From Eledone cirrhosa (taxonomy: Eukaryota), in the NCBI GenBank assembly GCA_964016885.1, contig OZ024751.1, positions 4,340,001 to 4,404,000 of the forward strand: a DNA stretch of 64,000 nt, read 5' to 3'. Shown piece after piece: positions 21,322 through 35,300 of the stretch (position 1 is its first letter; the number at the start of each line of letters is the position of its first letter). Under the pieces are notes generated by a model. The model worked only from the letters and a program-made list of their open reading frames with translations, made no database searches and was not told the origin of the DNA. Position numbers and translations under genes: made by a program.

Positions 21322-22720
21322 CCTCATCACAATTTAAACTCCATTTTACATGCTAGCATGGGTCAGACGAGTTGTCCTGTTGTGTGAAAACTTAGATCAA
21401 ATAACCCTGTCTTGCTCATGTAAGAACCATTTCTGGTTGGTTGTGTTGCTAACATGACCAATCTACAGGGTGGGCTGGGTACTTTTTGTTGTGTCACCAT
21501 CATGACAACCACCACCTAACAGCTGACTTGGTGCTCTTTGTCATGTCACCAATTTGACAACTTCGAAGGCTGCTTCGGGTCCCTTCAGTCTTGCCATTAG
21601 CATGACTACTTTACAGAGTGAGTTAGGGGCCTCCTGTCATGTCTAACTCACAGGGTGGACTGGGTGCTTATTTGTCATGTCACTAACATGACTACCTTGC
21701 AGGGAGGGTTAGGTGCTCTTTTGTCATATTACCTAACAGAGAGGACTCGGTGTTCTTTTGTCACAACTACCTTACAGGGTTTCCTGAGGGTTTAGCCATT
21801 TCAGCAGCATTGGAGGAGAGCATGTTAAGCTTTCCATACTTGTATACATGGGTTGGTCAAGAGAGGTGAATCAGATGTGAAAGTGGGGTGGGGTTGTGTG
21901 TATGTAGGGTGGAGATTGGCGAGGTAGTTCAGGGTGGCGTACTTAGTAGGTGGAGTGTTAAGATGTGGAGAGGAGGAAAATTAGAGGATACTTCAAACCA
22001 CTAAATGTTGTTTCATACCGTGCACATGGGAATGCAGGTCTCCTGCAGTACTGTATAACGCCAGAGATTTCAATCCTGTGTCACCTTTGAGAGGTGCAAT
22101 GGTGTCAGGTCAGTTTTTACCTCCACATCCCAAGCTTTCCTAGGTCTTCCTCTTCCATTTAATTTCAAGGTCAACCTTTTATACAACATCTCTACCTTCA
22201 TACACATCACATGTCCATACCACAGCAATCTCATCTCCTGCATACTGTATCTTATCCCTCTTGTGCTCAGGTTCTCTCTCTGTTTATTTACACTTTGCTC
22301 TTCATGTATTCATATTACACATCCATCGGAGAATTCAAGCTTCATTTCTATCCAATCTACGGAGGTCCTCTGCACACACCGCCCACATCTCACTGCAATG
22401 CAGCATTGCTGTTCATATGCAGACATCAATTTGATGAAACAACCTTTTGTAGCTAGCAGTAGTAGCACCCTAAACCTCTGCCATCTTGTTCTTATTCTTG
22501 TTACTGTACTTTCAGAACACCTACTTCCACTGCTAATTTGGTAGCCCAGGTAACGGAAACTGTCCACTGCTTCTATGGAACCCATTAAATGTTTGATAGA
22601 GCTTGTCTCCTAAAAGCGATTGCTGCTTACTGCTCCAGCACAGTGACCCCATGTAAAACCTACATTCTTAGCTAACTTACCTGGTATGTGTGACAATTGA
22701 GTCCACTTATGGCACCACTG
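21322..22720 (-). mobile_element. degenerate 5'-truncated RTE LINE (minus strand)
   Basis: The minus ORF GSIEAVDSFRYLG..ISSGSRCSESTVTRIRTRW matches the other RTE copies. The reverse-complement tail CATGCTAGCATG...(GAT) lies near 21322-21362. Confidence 0.8.
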
Positions 22721-22901
22721 TTTATTAGGGGAGGCATTCCAAACAGACCCTTCATTAGGCATGCTGACAAATATATTAAAAAGTTCTTTCCTCCAACAAT
22801 TTTTACCCTAAACAGAGGAGAGTTTCATATTGTCAAAAAGGGAGGTAAATCTTTAGTGGAGGAAATGTCAGCCTTAATTACATATGTAACTAGCAGTAAA
22901 G

Positions 22902-22917
22902 CCCGGCGTTGCTCGGG
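22902..22917 (-). terminator. Helitron 3' subterminal hairpin of the terminal unit
   Basis: GC-rich imperfect palindrome CCCGAGCAACGCCGGG, 8 nt upstream of the terminal CTAG on the minus strand. Confidence 0.85.
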
Positions 22918-23192
22918 GTCGCTCAGTAGCTGTGTTAAAGTTACAATGTTAAGTTTCTTTCTTGGCTTAAAAACTGTAGTGTCTACTGTGCAGACTTGCA
23001 TGTGGTGTTTTTGATTAATATTCCCTCAACCAACAATATGCCTTATGAAGTTAAGAAAACATAACGATAACCCGAATGTTATAACAAAAGAGGATGCTGG
23101 GGATAGAAACTGCACTGGTTATTTATTAACAAAGATCGAAAATGTAAACACTGCAACGCAGAGAAAAACATTAGCGTAACCAAATTATCAGT

Positions 23193-23322
23193 TATGTCTG
23201 TCTGCACGCCTATATCACCTCTCTGCACGACTGTCTGTCTGCACGCCTATATCACCTCTCTGCACGACTATCTGTCTGCACGCCTATATCACCTCTCTGC
23301 ACGACTGTCTATCTGCACGCCT
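23193..23322. repeat. internal VNTR of the Helitron unit (first copy), 37-bp period made of 21-bp and 16-bp modules
   Basis: GCCTATATCACCTCTCTGCAC and GACTGTCTGTCTGCAC modules, present in every unit in variable number. Confidence 0.92.
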
Positions 23323-26300
23323 AACGACGAAATATTTGCTTGTTTTACGTAGTCTTTAAATAGACTTGTTTTCAAGTAAAAATATTGTTTTAAAATGCTT
23401 TTAAATGGAAATGAAGCAAAACGGAAGCTTAGTGTTCGAACTGATGAATTTTGCGGGTCAATATTTTGCTGGCTCGACAACTGTCTGTTCGTGTATTGTG
23501 TTAATGTCATTTTAAACGCTGAGAAAGCCAGCGTAATTTTTTACGTAAGACGCTCAATGTAAACAGAACAAAGGGAAATAACTGATAACTTACGCTCAAA
23601 AATCGATACATTATATTCGATTTCGTCACATAGGGTGGGTCAATTTGAAATATTTTTTTCCGATGTCTTCGCTAGGACTCAATGTACAAGTATAGCAATT
23701 TCGGTGCAATTCCGTGAGAGATTCTAAGAGGAGATGTGTGCCAAAAATCGATAGACAGACAGACAACCACAGTTTTATATATATATAGAAGCAGTAAAGC
23801 CCGGCGTTGCTCGGGGTCGCTCAGTAGCTGTGTTAAAGTTACAATGTTAAGTTTCTTTCTTGGCTTAAAAACTGTAGTGTCTACTGTGCAGACTTGCATG
23901 TGGTGTTTTTGATTAATATTCCCTCAACCAACAATATGCCTTATGAAGTTAAGAAAACATAACGATAACCCGAATGTTATAACAAAAGAGGATGCTGGGG
24001 ATAGAAACTGCACTGGTTATTTATTAACAAAGATCGAAAATGTAAACACTGCAACACAGAGAAAAACATTAGCGTAACCAAATTATCAGTTATGTCTGTC
24101 TGCACGCCTATATCACCTCTCTGCACGACTATCTGTCTGCACGCCTATATCACCTCTCTGCACGACTGTCTGTCTGCACGCCTATATCACCTCTCTGCAC
24201 GACTATGTGTCTGCACGCGTATATCACCTCTCTGCACGCCTAATGACGAAATATTTGCTTGTTTTACGTAGTCTTTAAATAGACTTGTTTTCAAGTAAAA
24301 ATATTGTTTTAAAATGCTTTTAAATGGAAATGAAGCAAAACGGAAGCTTAGTGTTCGAACTGATGAATTTTGCAGGTCAATATTTTGCTGGCTCGACAAC
24401 TGTCTGTTCGTGTATTGTGTTAATGTCATTTTAAACGCTGAGAAAGCCAGCGTAATTTTTTACGTAAGACGCTCAATGTAAACAGAACAAAGGGAAATAA
24501 CTGATAACTTACGCTCAAAAATCGATACATTATATTCGATTTCGTCACATAGGGTGGGTCAATTTGAAATTTTTTTTTCCGATGTCTTCGCTAGGGCTCA
24601 ATGTACAAGTATAGCAATTTCGGTGCAATTCCGTGAGAGATTCTAAGAGTAGATGTGTGCCAAAAATCGATAGACAGACAACCACAGTTTTATATATATA
24701 TAGAAGCAGTAAAGCCCGGCGTTGCTCGGGGTCGCTCAGTAGCTGTGTTAAAGTTACAATGTTAAGTTTCTTTCTTGGCTTAAAAACTGTAGTGTCTACT
24801 GTGCAGACTTGCATGTGGTGTTTTTGATTAATATTCCCTCAACCAACAATATGCCTTATGAAGTTAAGAAAACATAACGATAACCCGAATGTTATAACAA
24901 AAGAGGATGCTGGGGATAGAAACTGCACTGGTTATTTATTAACAAAGATCGAAAATGTAAACACTGCAACGCAGAGAAAAACATTAGCGTAACCAAATTA
25001 TCAGTTATGTCTGTCTGCACGCCTATATCACCTCTCTGCACGACTGTCTGTCTGCACGCCTATATCACCTCTCTGCACGACTGTCTGTCTGCACGCCTAT
25101 ATCACCTCTCTGCACGACTGTCTGTCTGCACGCCTATATCACCTCTCTGCACGACTGTCTGTCTGCACGCCTAACGACGAAATATTTGCTTGTTTTACGT
25201 AGTCTTTAAATAGACTTGTTTTCAAGTAAAAATATTGTTTTAAAATGCTTTTAAATGGAAATGAAGCAAAACGGAAGATTAGTGTTCGAACTGATGAATT
25301 TTTCAGGTCAATATTTTGCTGGCTCGACAACTGTCTGTTCGTGTATTGTGTTAATGTCATTTTAAACGCTGAGAAAGCCAGCGTAATTTTTTACGTAAGA
25401 CGCTCAATGTAAACAGAACAAAGGGAAATAACTGATAACTTACGCTCAAAAATCGATACATTATATTCGATTTCGTCACATAGGGTGGGTCAATTTGAAA
25501 TTTTTTTTTTCCGATGTCTTCGCTAGGGCTCAATGTACAAGTATAGCAATTTCGGTGCAATTCCGTGAGAGATTCTAAGAGTAGATGTGTGCCAAAAATC
25601 GATAGACAGACAACCACAGTTTTATATATATATAGAAGCAGTAAAGCCCGGCGTTGCTCGGGGTCGCTCAGTAGCTGTGTTAAAGTTACAATGTTAAGTT
25701 TCTTTCTTGGCTTAAAAACTGTAGTGTCTACTGTGCAGACTTGCATGTGGTGTTTTTGATTAATATTCCCTCAACCAACAATATGCCTTATGAAGTTAAG
25801 AAAACATAACGATAACCCGAATGTTATAACAAAAGAGGATGCTGGGGATAGAAACTGCACTGGTTATTTATTAACAAAGATCGAAAATGTAAACACTGCA
25901 ACGCAGAGAAAAACATTAGCGTAACCAAATTATCAGTTATGTCTGTCTGCACGCCTATATCACCTCTCTGCACGACTGTCTGTCTGCACGCCTATATCAC
26001 CTCTCTGCACGACTGTCTGTCTGCACGCCTATATCACCTCTCTGCACGACTGTCTGTCTGCACGCCTATATCACCTCTCTGCACGACTGTCTGTCTGCAC
26101 GCCTAACGACGAAATATTTGCTTGTTTTACGTAGTCTTTAAATAGACTTGTTTTCAAGTAAAAATATTGTTTTAAAATGCTTTTAAATGGAAATGAAGCA
26201 AAACGGAAGATTAGTGTTCGAACTGATGAATTTTTCAGGTCAATATTTTGCTGGCTCGACAACTGTCTGTTCGTGTATTGTGTTAATGTCATTTTAAACG

Positions 26301-29300
26301 CTGAGAAAGCCAGCGTAATTTTTTACGTAAGACGCTCAATGTAAACAGAACAAAGGGAAATAACTGATAACTTACGCTCAAAAATCGATACATTATATTC
26401 GATTTCGTCACATAGGGTGGGTCAATTTGAAATTTTTTTTTTCCGATGTCTTCGCTAGGGCTCAATGTACAAGTATAGCAATTTCGGTGCAATTCCGTGA
26501 GAGATTCTAAGAGTAGATGTGTGCCAAAAATCGATAGACAGACAACCACAGTTTTATATATATATAGAAGCAGTAAAGCCCGGCGTTGCTCGGGGTCGCT
26601 CAGTAGCTGTGTTAAAGTTACAATGTTAAGTTTCTTTCTTGGCTTAAAAACTGTAGTGTCTACTGTGCAGACTTGCATGTGGTGTTTTTGATTAATATTC
26701 CCTCAACCAACAATATGCCTTATGAAGTTAAGAAAACATAACGATAACCCGAATGTTATAACAAAAGAGGATGCTGGGGATAGAAACTGCACTGGTTATT
26801 TATTAACAAAGATCGAAAATGTAAACACTGCAACGCAGAGAAAAACATTAGCGTAACCAAATTATCAGTTATGTCTGTCTGCACGCCTATATCACCTCTC
26901 TGCACGACTGTCTGTCTGCACGCCTATATCACCTCTCTGCACGACTGTCTGTCTGCACGCCTATATCACCTCTCTGCACGACTGTCTGTCTGCACGCCTA
27001 ACGACGAAATATTTGCTTGTTTTACGTAGTCTTTAAATAGACTTGTTTTCAAGTAAAAATATTGTTTTAAAATGCTTTTAAATGGAAATGAAGCAAAACG
27101 GAAGATTAGTGTTCGAACTGATGAATTTTTCAGGTCAATATTTTGCTGGCTCGACAACTGTCTGTTCGTGTATTGTGTTAATGTCATTTTAAACGCTGAG
27201 AAAGCCAGCGTAATTTTTTACGTAAGACGCTCAATGTAAACAGAACAAAGGGAAATAACTGATAACTTACGCTCAAAAATCGATACATTATATTCGATTT
27301 CGTCACATAGGGTGGGTCAATTTGAAATTTTTTTTTTCCGATGTCTTCGCTAGGGCTCAATGTACAAGTATAGCAATTTCGGTGCAATTCCGTGAGAGAT
27401 TCTAAGAGTAGATGTGTGCCAAAAATCGATAGACAGACAACCACAGTTTTATATATATATAGAAGCAGTAAAGCCCGGCGTTGCTCGGGGTCGCTCAGTA
27501 GCTGTGTTAAAGTTACAATGTTAAGTTTCTTTCTTGGCTTAAAAACTGTAGTGTCTACTGTGCAGACTTGCATGTGGTGTTTTTGATTAATATTCCCTCA
27601 ACCAACAATATGCCTTATGAAGTTAAGAAAACATAACGATAACCCGAATGTTATAACAAAAGAGGATGCTGGGGATAGAAACTGCACTGGTTATTTATTA
27701 ACAAAGATCGAAAATGTAAACACTGCAACGCAGAGAAAAACATTAGCGTAACCAAATTATCAGTTATGTCTGTCTGCACGCCTATATCACCTCTCTGCAC
27801 GACTGTCTGTCTGCACGCCTATATCACCTCTCTGCACGACTGTCTGTCTGCACGCCTATATCACCTCTCTGCACGACTGTCTGTCTGCACGCCTATATCA
27901 CCTCTCTGCACGACTGTCTGTCTGCACGCCTAACGACGAAATATTTGCTTGTTTTACGTAGTCTTTAAATAGACTTGTTTTCAAGTAAAAATATTGTTTT
28001 AAAATGCTTTTAAATGGAAATGAAGCAAAACGGAAGATTAGTGTTCGAACTGATGAATTTTTCAGGTCAATATTTTGCTGGCTCGACAACTGTCTGTTCG
28101 TGTATTGTGTTAATGTCATTTTAAACGCTGAGAAAGCCAGCGTAATTTTTTACGTAAGACGCTCAATGTAAACAGAACAAAGGGAAATAACTGATAACTT
28201 ACGCTCAAAAATCGATACATTATATTCGATTTCGTCACGTAGGGTGGGTCAATTTGAAATTTTTTTTTTCCGATGTTTTCGCTAGGGCTCAATGTACAAG
28301 TATAGCAATTTCGGTGCAATTCCGTGAGAGATTCTAAGAGGAGATGTGTGCCAAAAATCGATAGACAGACAGACATCCACAGTTTTATATATATAGATAA
28401 GAAGCAGTAAAGCCCGGCGTTGCTCGGGGTCGCTCAGTAGCTGTGTTAAAGTTACAATGTTAAGTTTCTTTCTTGGCTTAAAAACTGTAGTGTCTACTGT
28501 GCAGACTTGCATGTGGTGTTTTTGATTAATATTCCCTCAACCAACAATATGCCTTATGAAGTTAAGAAAACATAACGATAACCCGAATGTTATAACAAAA
28601 GAGGATGCTGGGGATAGAAACTGCACTGGTTATTTATTAACAAAGATCGAAAATGTAAACACTGCAACGCAGAGAAAAACATTAGCGTAACCAAATTATC
28701 AGTTATGTCTGTCTGCACGCCTATATCACCTCTCTGCACGACTGTCTGTCTGCACGCCTATATCACCTCTCTGCACGACTGTCTGTCTGCACGCCTATAT
28801 CACCTCTCTGCACGACTGTCTGTCTGCACGCCTATATCACCTCTCTGCACAACTGTCTGTCTGCACGACTGTCTGTCTGCACGCCTAACGACGAAATATT
28901 TGCTTGTTTTACGTAGTCTTTAAATAGACTTGTTTTCAAGTAAAAATATTGTTTTAAAATGCTTTTAAATGGAAATGAAGCAAAACGGAAGCTTAGTGTT
29001 CGAACTGATGAATTTTGCGGGTCAATATTTTGCTGGCTCGACAACTGTCTGTTCGTGTATTGTGTTAATGTCATTTTAAACGCTGAGAAAGCCAGCGTAA
29101 TTTTTTACGTAAGACGCTCAATGTAAACAGAACAAAGGGAAATAACTGATAACTTACGCTCAAAAATCGATACATTATATTCGATTTCGTCACATAGGGT
29201 GGGTCAATTTGAAATATTTTTTTCCGATGTCTTCGCTAGGACTCAATGTACAAGTATAGCAATTTCGGTGCAATTCCGTGAGAGATTCTAAGAGGAGATG

Positions 29301-32300
29301 TGTGCCAAAAATCGATAGACAGACAACCACAGTTTTATAGATATAGAAGCTGTAAAGCCCGGCGTTGCTCGGGGTCGCTCAGTAGCTGTGTTAAAGTTAC
29401 AATGTTAAGTTTCTTTCTTGGCTTAAAAACTGTAGTGTCTACTGTGCAGACTTGCATGTGGTGTTTTTGATTAATATTCCCTCAACCAACAATATGCCTT
29501 ATGAAGTTAAGAAAACATAACGATAACCCGAATGTTATAACAAAAGAGGATGCTGGGGATAGAAACTGCACTGGTTATTTATTAACAAAGATCGAAAATG
29601 TAAACACTGCAACGCAGAGAAAAACATTACCGTAACCAAATTATCAGTTATGTCTGTCTGCACGCCTATATCACCTCTTTGCACGCCTATATCACCTCTC
29701 TGCACGACTGTCTGTCTGCACGCCTAACGACGAAATATTTGCTTGTTTTACGTAGTCTTTAAATAGACTTGTTTTCAAGTAAAAATATTGTTTTAAAATG
29801 ATTTTAAATGGAAATGAAGCGAAACGGAAGCTTAGTGTTCGAACTGATGAATTTTGCAGGTCAATATTTTGCTGGCTCGACAACTGTCTGTTCGTGTATT
29901 GTGTTAATGTCATTTTAAACGCTGAGAAAGCCAGCGTAATTTTTTACGTAAGACGCTCAATGTAAACAGAACAAAGGGAAATAACTGATAACTTACGCTC
30001 AAAAATCGATACATTATATTCGATTTCGTCACATAGGGTGGGTCAATTTGAAATATTTTTTTTCCGATGTCTTCGCTAGGACTCAATGTACAAGTATAGC
30101 AATTTCGGTGCAATTCCGTGAGAGATTCTAAGAGGAGATGTGTGCCAAAAATCGATAGACAGACAACCACAGTTTTATATATATAGAAGCTGTAAAGCCC
30201 GGCGTTGCTCGGGGTCGCTCAGTAGCTGTGTTAAAGTTACCATGTTAAGTTTCTTTCTTGGCTTAAAAACTGTAGTGTCTACTGTGCAGACTTGCATGTG
30301 GTGTTTTTGATTAATATTCCCTCAACCAACAATATGCCTTATGAAGTTAAGAAAACATAACGATAACCCGAATGTTATAACAAAAGAGGATGCTGGGGAT
30401 AGAAACTGCACTGGTTATTTATTAACAAAAATCGAAAATGTAAACACTGCAACGCAGAGAAAAACATTAGCGTAACCAAATTATCAGTTATGTTTGTCTG
30501 CACGCCTGTATCACCTCTCTGCACGACTGTCTGTCTGCACGCCTATATCACCTCTCTGCACGACTGTCTGTCTGCACGCCTATATCACCTCTCTGCACGA
30601 CTATCTGTCTGCACGCGTATATCACCTCTCTGCACGACTGTCTGTCTGCACGACTGTCTGTCTGCACGCCTAACGACGAAATATTTGCTTGTTTTACGTA
30701 GTCTTTAAATAGACTTGTTTTCAAGTAAAAATATTGTTTTAAAATGCTTTTAAATGGAAATGAAGCAAAACGGAAGCATAGTGTTCGAACTGATGAATTT
30801 TGCAGGTCAATATTTTGCTGGCTCGACAACTGTCTGTTCGTGTATTGTGTTAATGTCATTTTAAACGCTGAGAAAGCCAGCGTAATTTTTTACGTAAGAC
30901 GCTCAATGTAAACAGAACAAAGGTAAATAACTGATAACTTACGCTCAAAAATCGATGCATTATATTCGATTTCGTCACATAGGGTGGGTCAATTTGAAAT
31001 TTCTTTTTTCCGATGTCTTCGCTAGGGCTCAATGTACAAGTATAGCAATTTCGGTGCAATTCCGTGAGAGATTCTAAGAGGAGATGTGTGCCAAAAATCG
31101 ATAGACAGACAGACAACCACAGTTTTATATATATAGAAGCAGTAAAGCCCGGCGTTGCTCGGGGTCGCTCAGTAGCTGTGTTAAAGTTACAATGTTAAGT
31201 TTCTTTTTTGGCTTCAAAACTGTAGTGTCTACTGTGCAGACTTGCATGTGGTGTTTTTGATTAATATTCCCTCAACCAACAATATGCCTTATGAAGTTAA
31301 GAAAACATAACGATAACCCGAATGTTATAACAAAAGAGGATGCTGGGGATAGAAACTGCACTGGTTATTTATTAACAAAGATCGAAAATGTAAACACTGC
31401 AACGCAGAGAAAAACATTAGCGTAACCAAATTATCAGTTATGTCTGTCTGCACGCCTATATCACCTCTCTGCACGACTGTCTGTCTGCACGCCTATATCA
31501 CCTCTCTGCACGACTGTCTGTCTGCACGCCTATATCACCTCTCTGCACGACTATCTGTCTGCACGCGTATATCACCTCTCTGCACGACTGTCTGTCTGCA
31601 CGACTGTCTGTCTGCACGCCTAACGACGAAATATTTGCTTGTTTTACGTAGTCTTTAAATAGACTTGTTTTCAAGTAAAAATATTGTTTTAAAATGCTTT
31701 TAAATGGAAATGAAGCAAAACGGAAGCTTAGTGTTCGAACTGATGAATTTTGCAGGTCAATATTTTGCTGGCTCGACAACTGTCTGTTCGTGTATTGTGT
31801 TAATGTCATTTTAAACGCTGAGAAAGCCAGCGTAATTTTTTACGTAAGACGCTCAATGTAAACAGAACAAAGGGAAATAACTGATAACTTACGCTCAAAA
31901 ATCGATACATTATATTCGATTTCGTCACATAGGGTGGGTCAATTTGAAATTTTTTTTTTCCGATGTCTTCGCTAGGGCTCAATGTACAAGTATAGCAATT
32001 TCGGTGCAATTCCGTGAGAGATTCTAAGAGTAGATGTGTGCCAAAAATCGATAGACAGACAACCACAGTTTTATATATATATAGAAGCAGTAAAGCCCGG
32101 CGTTGCTCGGGGTCGCTCAGTAGCTGTGTTAAAGTTACAATGTTAAGTTTCTTTCTTGGCTTAAAAACTGTAGTGTCTACTGTGCAGACTTGCATGTGGT
32201 GTTTTTGATTAATATTCCCTCAACCAACAATATGCCTTATGAAGTTAAGAAAACATAACGATAACCCGAATGTTATAACAAAAGAGGATGCTGGGGATAG

Positions 32301-35300
32301 AAACTGCACTGGTTATTTATTAACAAAGATCGAAAATGTAAACACTGCAACGCAGAGAAAAACATTAGCGTAACCAAATTATCAGTTATGTCTGTCTGCA
32401 CGCCTATATCACCTCTCTGCACGACTGTCTGTCTGCACGCCTATATCACCTCTCTGCACGACTGTCTGTCTGCACGCCTATATCACCTCTCTGCACGACT
32501 GTCTGTCTGCACGCCTATATCACCTCTCTGCACGACTGTCTGTCTGCACGCCTAACGACGAAATATTTGCTTGTTTTACGTAGTCTTTAAATAGACTTGT
32601 TTTCAAGTAAAAATATTGTTTTAAAATGCTTTTAAATGGAAATGAAGCAAAACGGAAGATTAGTGTTCGAACTGATGAATTTTTCAGGTCAATATTTTGC
32701 TGGCTCGACAACTGTCTGTTCGTGTATTGTGTTAATGTCATTTTAAACGCTGAGAAAGCCAGCGTAATTTTTTACGTAAGACGCTCAATGTAAACAGAAC
32801 AAAGGGAAATAACTGATAACTTACGCTCAAAAATCGATACATTATATTCGATTTCGTCACATAGGGTGGGTCAATTTGAAATTTTTTTTTTCCGATGTCT
32901 TCGCTAGGGCTCAATGTACAAGTATAGCAATTTCGGTGCAATTCCGTGAGAGATTCTAAGAGTAGATGTGTGCCAAAAATCGATAGACAGACAACCACAG
33001 TTTTATATATATATAGAAGCAGTAAAGCCCGGCGTTGCTCGGGGTCGCTCAGTAGCTGTGTTAAAGTTACAATGTTAAGTTTCTTTCTTGGCTTAAAAAC
33101 TGTAGTGTCTACTGTGCAGACTTGCATGTGGTGTTTTTGATTAATATTCCCTCAACCAACAATATGCCTTATGAAGTTAAGAAAACATAACGATAACCCG
33201 AATGTTATAACAAAAGAGGATGCTGGGGATAGAAACTGCACTGGTTATTTATTAACAAAGATCGAAAATGTAAACACTGCAACGCAGAGAAAAACATTAG
33301 CGTAACCAAATTATCAGTTATGTCTGTCTGCACGCCTATATCACCTCTCTGCACGACTGTCTGTCTGCACGCCTATATCACCTCTCTGCACGACTGTCTG
33401 TCTGCACGCCTATATCACCTCTCTGCACGACTGTCTGTCTGCACGCCTATATCACCTCTCTGCACGACTGTCTGTCTGCACGCCTAACGACGAAATATTT
33501 GCTTGTTTTACGTAGTCTTTAAATAGACTTGTTTTCAAGTAAAAATATTGTTTTAAAATGCTTTTAAATGGAAATGAAGCAAAACGGAAGATTAGTGTTC
33601 GAACTGATGAATTTTTCAGGTCAATATTTTGCTGGCTCGACAACTGTCTGTTCGTGTATTGTGTTAATGTCATTTTAAACGCTGAGAAAGCCAGCGTAAT
33701 TTTTTACGTAAGACGCTCAATGTAAACAGAACAAAGGGAAATAACTGATAACTTACGCTCAAAAATCGATACATTATATTCGATTTCGTCACGTAGGGTG
33801 GGTCAATTTGAAATTTTTTTTTTCCGATGTTTTCGCTAGGGCTCAATGTACAAGTATAGCAATTTCGGTGCAATTCCGTGAGAGATTCTAAGAGGAGATG
33901 TGTGCCAAAAATCGATAGACAGACAGACATCCACAGTTTTATATATATAGATAAGAAGCAGTAAAGCCCGGCGTTGCTCGGGGTCGCTCAGTAGCTGTGT
34001 TAAAGTTACAATGTTAAGTTTCTTTCTTGGCTTAAAAACTGTAGTGTCTACTGTGCAGACTTGCATGTGGTGTTTTTGATTAATATTCCCTCAACCAACA
34101 ATATGCCTTATGAAGTTAAGAAAACATAACGATAACCCGAATGTTATAACAAAAGAGGATGCTGGGGATAGAAACTGCACTGGTTATTTATTAACAAAGA
34201 TCGAAAATGTAAACACTGCAACGCAGAGAAAAACATTAGCGTAACCAAATTATCAGTTATGTCTGTCTGCACGCCTATATCACCTCTCTGCACGACTGTC
34301 TGTCTGCACGCCTATATCACCTCTCTGCACGACTGTCTGTCTGCACGCCTATATCACCTCTCTGCACGACTGTCTGTCTGCACGCCTATATCACCTCTCT
34401 GCACAACTGTCTGTCTGCACGACTGTCTGTCTGCACGCCTAACGACGAAATATTTGCTTGTTTTACGTAGTCTTTAAATAGACTTGTTTTCAAGTAAAAA
34501 TATTGTTTTAAAATGCTTTTAAATGGAAATGAAGCAAAACGGAAGCTTAGTGTTCGAACTGATGAATTTTGCGGGTCAATATTTTGCTGGCTCGACAACT
34601 GTCTGTTCGTGTATTGTGTTAATGTCATTTTAAACGCTGAGAAAGCCAGCGTAATTTTTTACGTAAGACGCTCAATGTAAACAGAACAAAGGGAAATAAC
34701 TGATAACTTACGCTCAAAAATCGATACATTATATTCGATTTCGTCACATAGGGTGGGTCAATTTGAAATATTTTTTTCCGATGTCTTCGCTAGGACTCAA
34801 TGTACAAGTATAGCAATTTCGGTGCAATTCCGTGAGAGATTCTAAGAGGAGATGTGTGCCAAAAATCGATAGACAGACAACCACAGTTTTATAGATATAG
34901 AAGCTGTAAAGCCCGGCGTTGCTCGGGGTCGCTCAGTAGCTGTGTTAAAGTTACAATGTTAAGTTTCTTTCTTGGCTTAAAAACTGTAGTGTCTACTGTG
35001 CAGACTTGCATGTGGTGTTTTTGATTAATATTCCCTCAACCAACAATATGCCTTATGAAGTTAAGAAAACATAACGATAACCCGAATGTTATAACAAAAG
35101 AGGATGCTGGGGATAGAAACTGCACTGGTTATTTATTAACAAAGATCGAAAATGTAAACACTGCAACGCAGAGAAAAACATTACCGTAACCAAATTATCA
35201 GTTATGTCTGTCTGCACGCCTATATCACCTCTTTGCACGCCTATATCACCTCTCTGCACGACTGTCTGTCTGCACGCCTAACGACGAAATATTTGCTTGT

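Noticed and set aside
23193-23322. CRISPR-like appearance of the 37-bp repeats
   Set aside because: There are no unique spacers and no cas genes, and the context is eukaryotic. It is a minisatellite.
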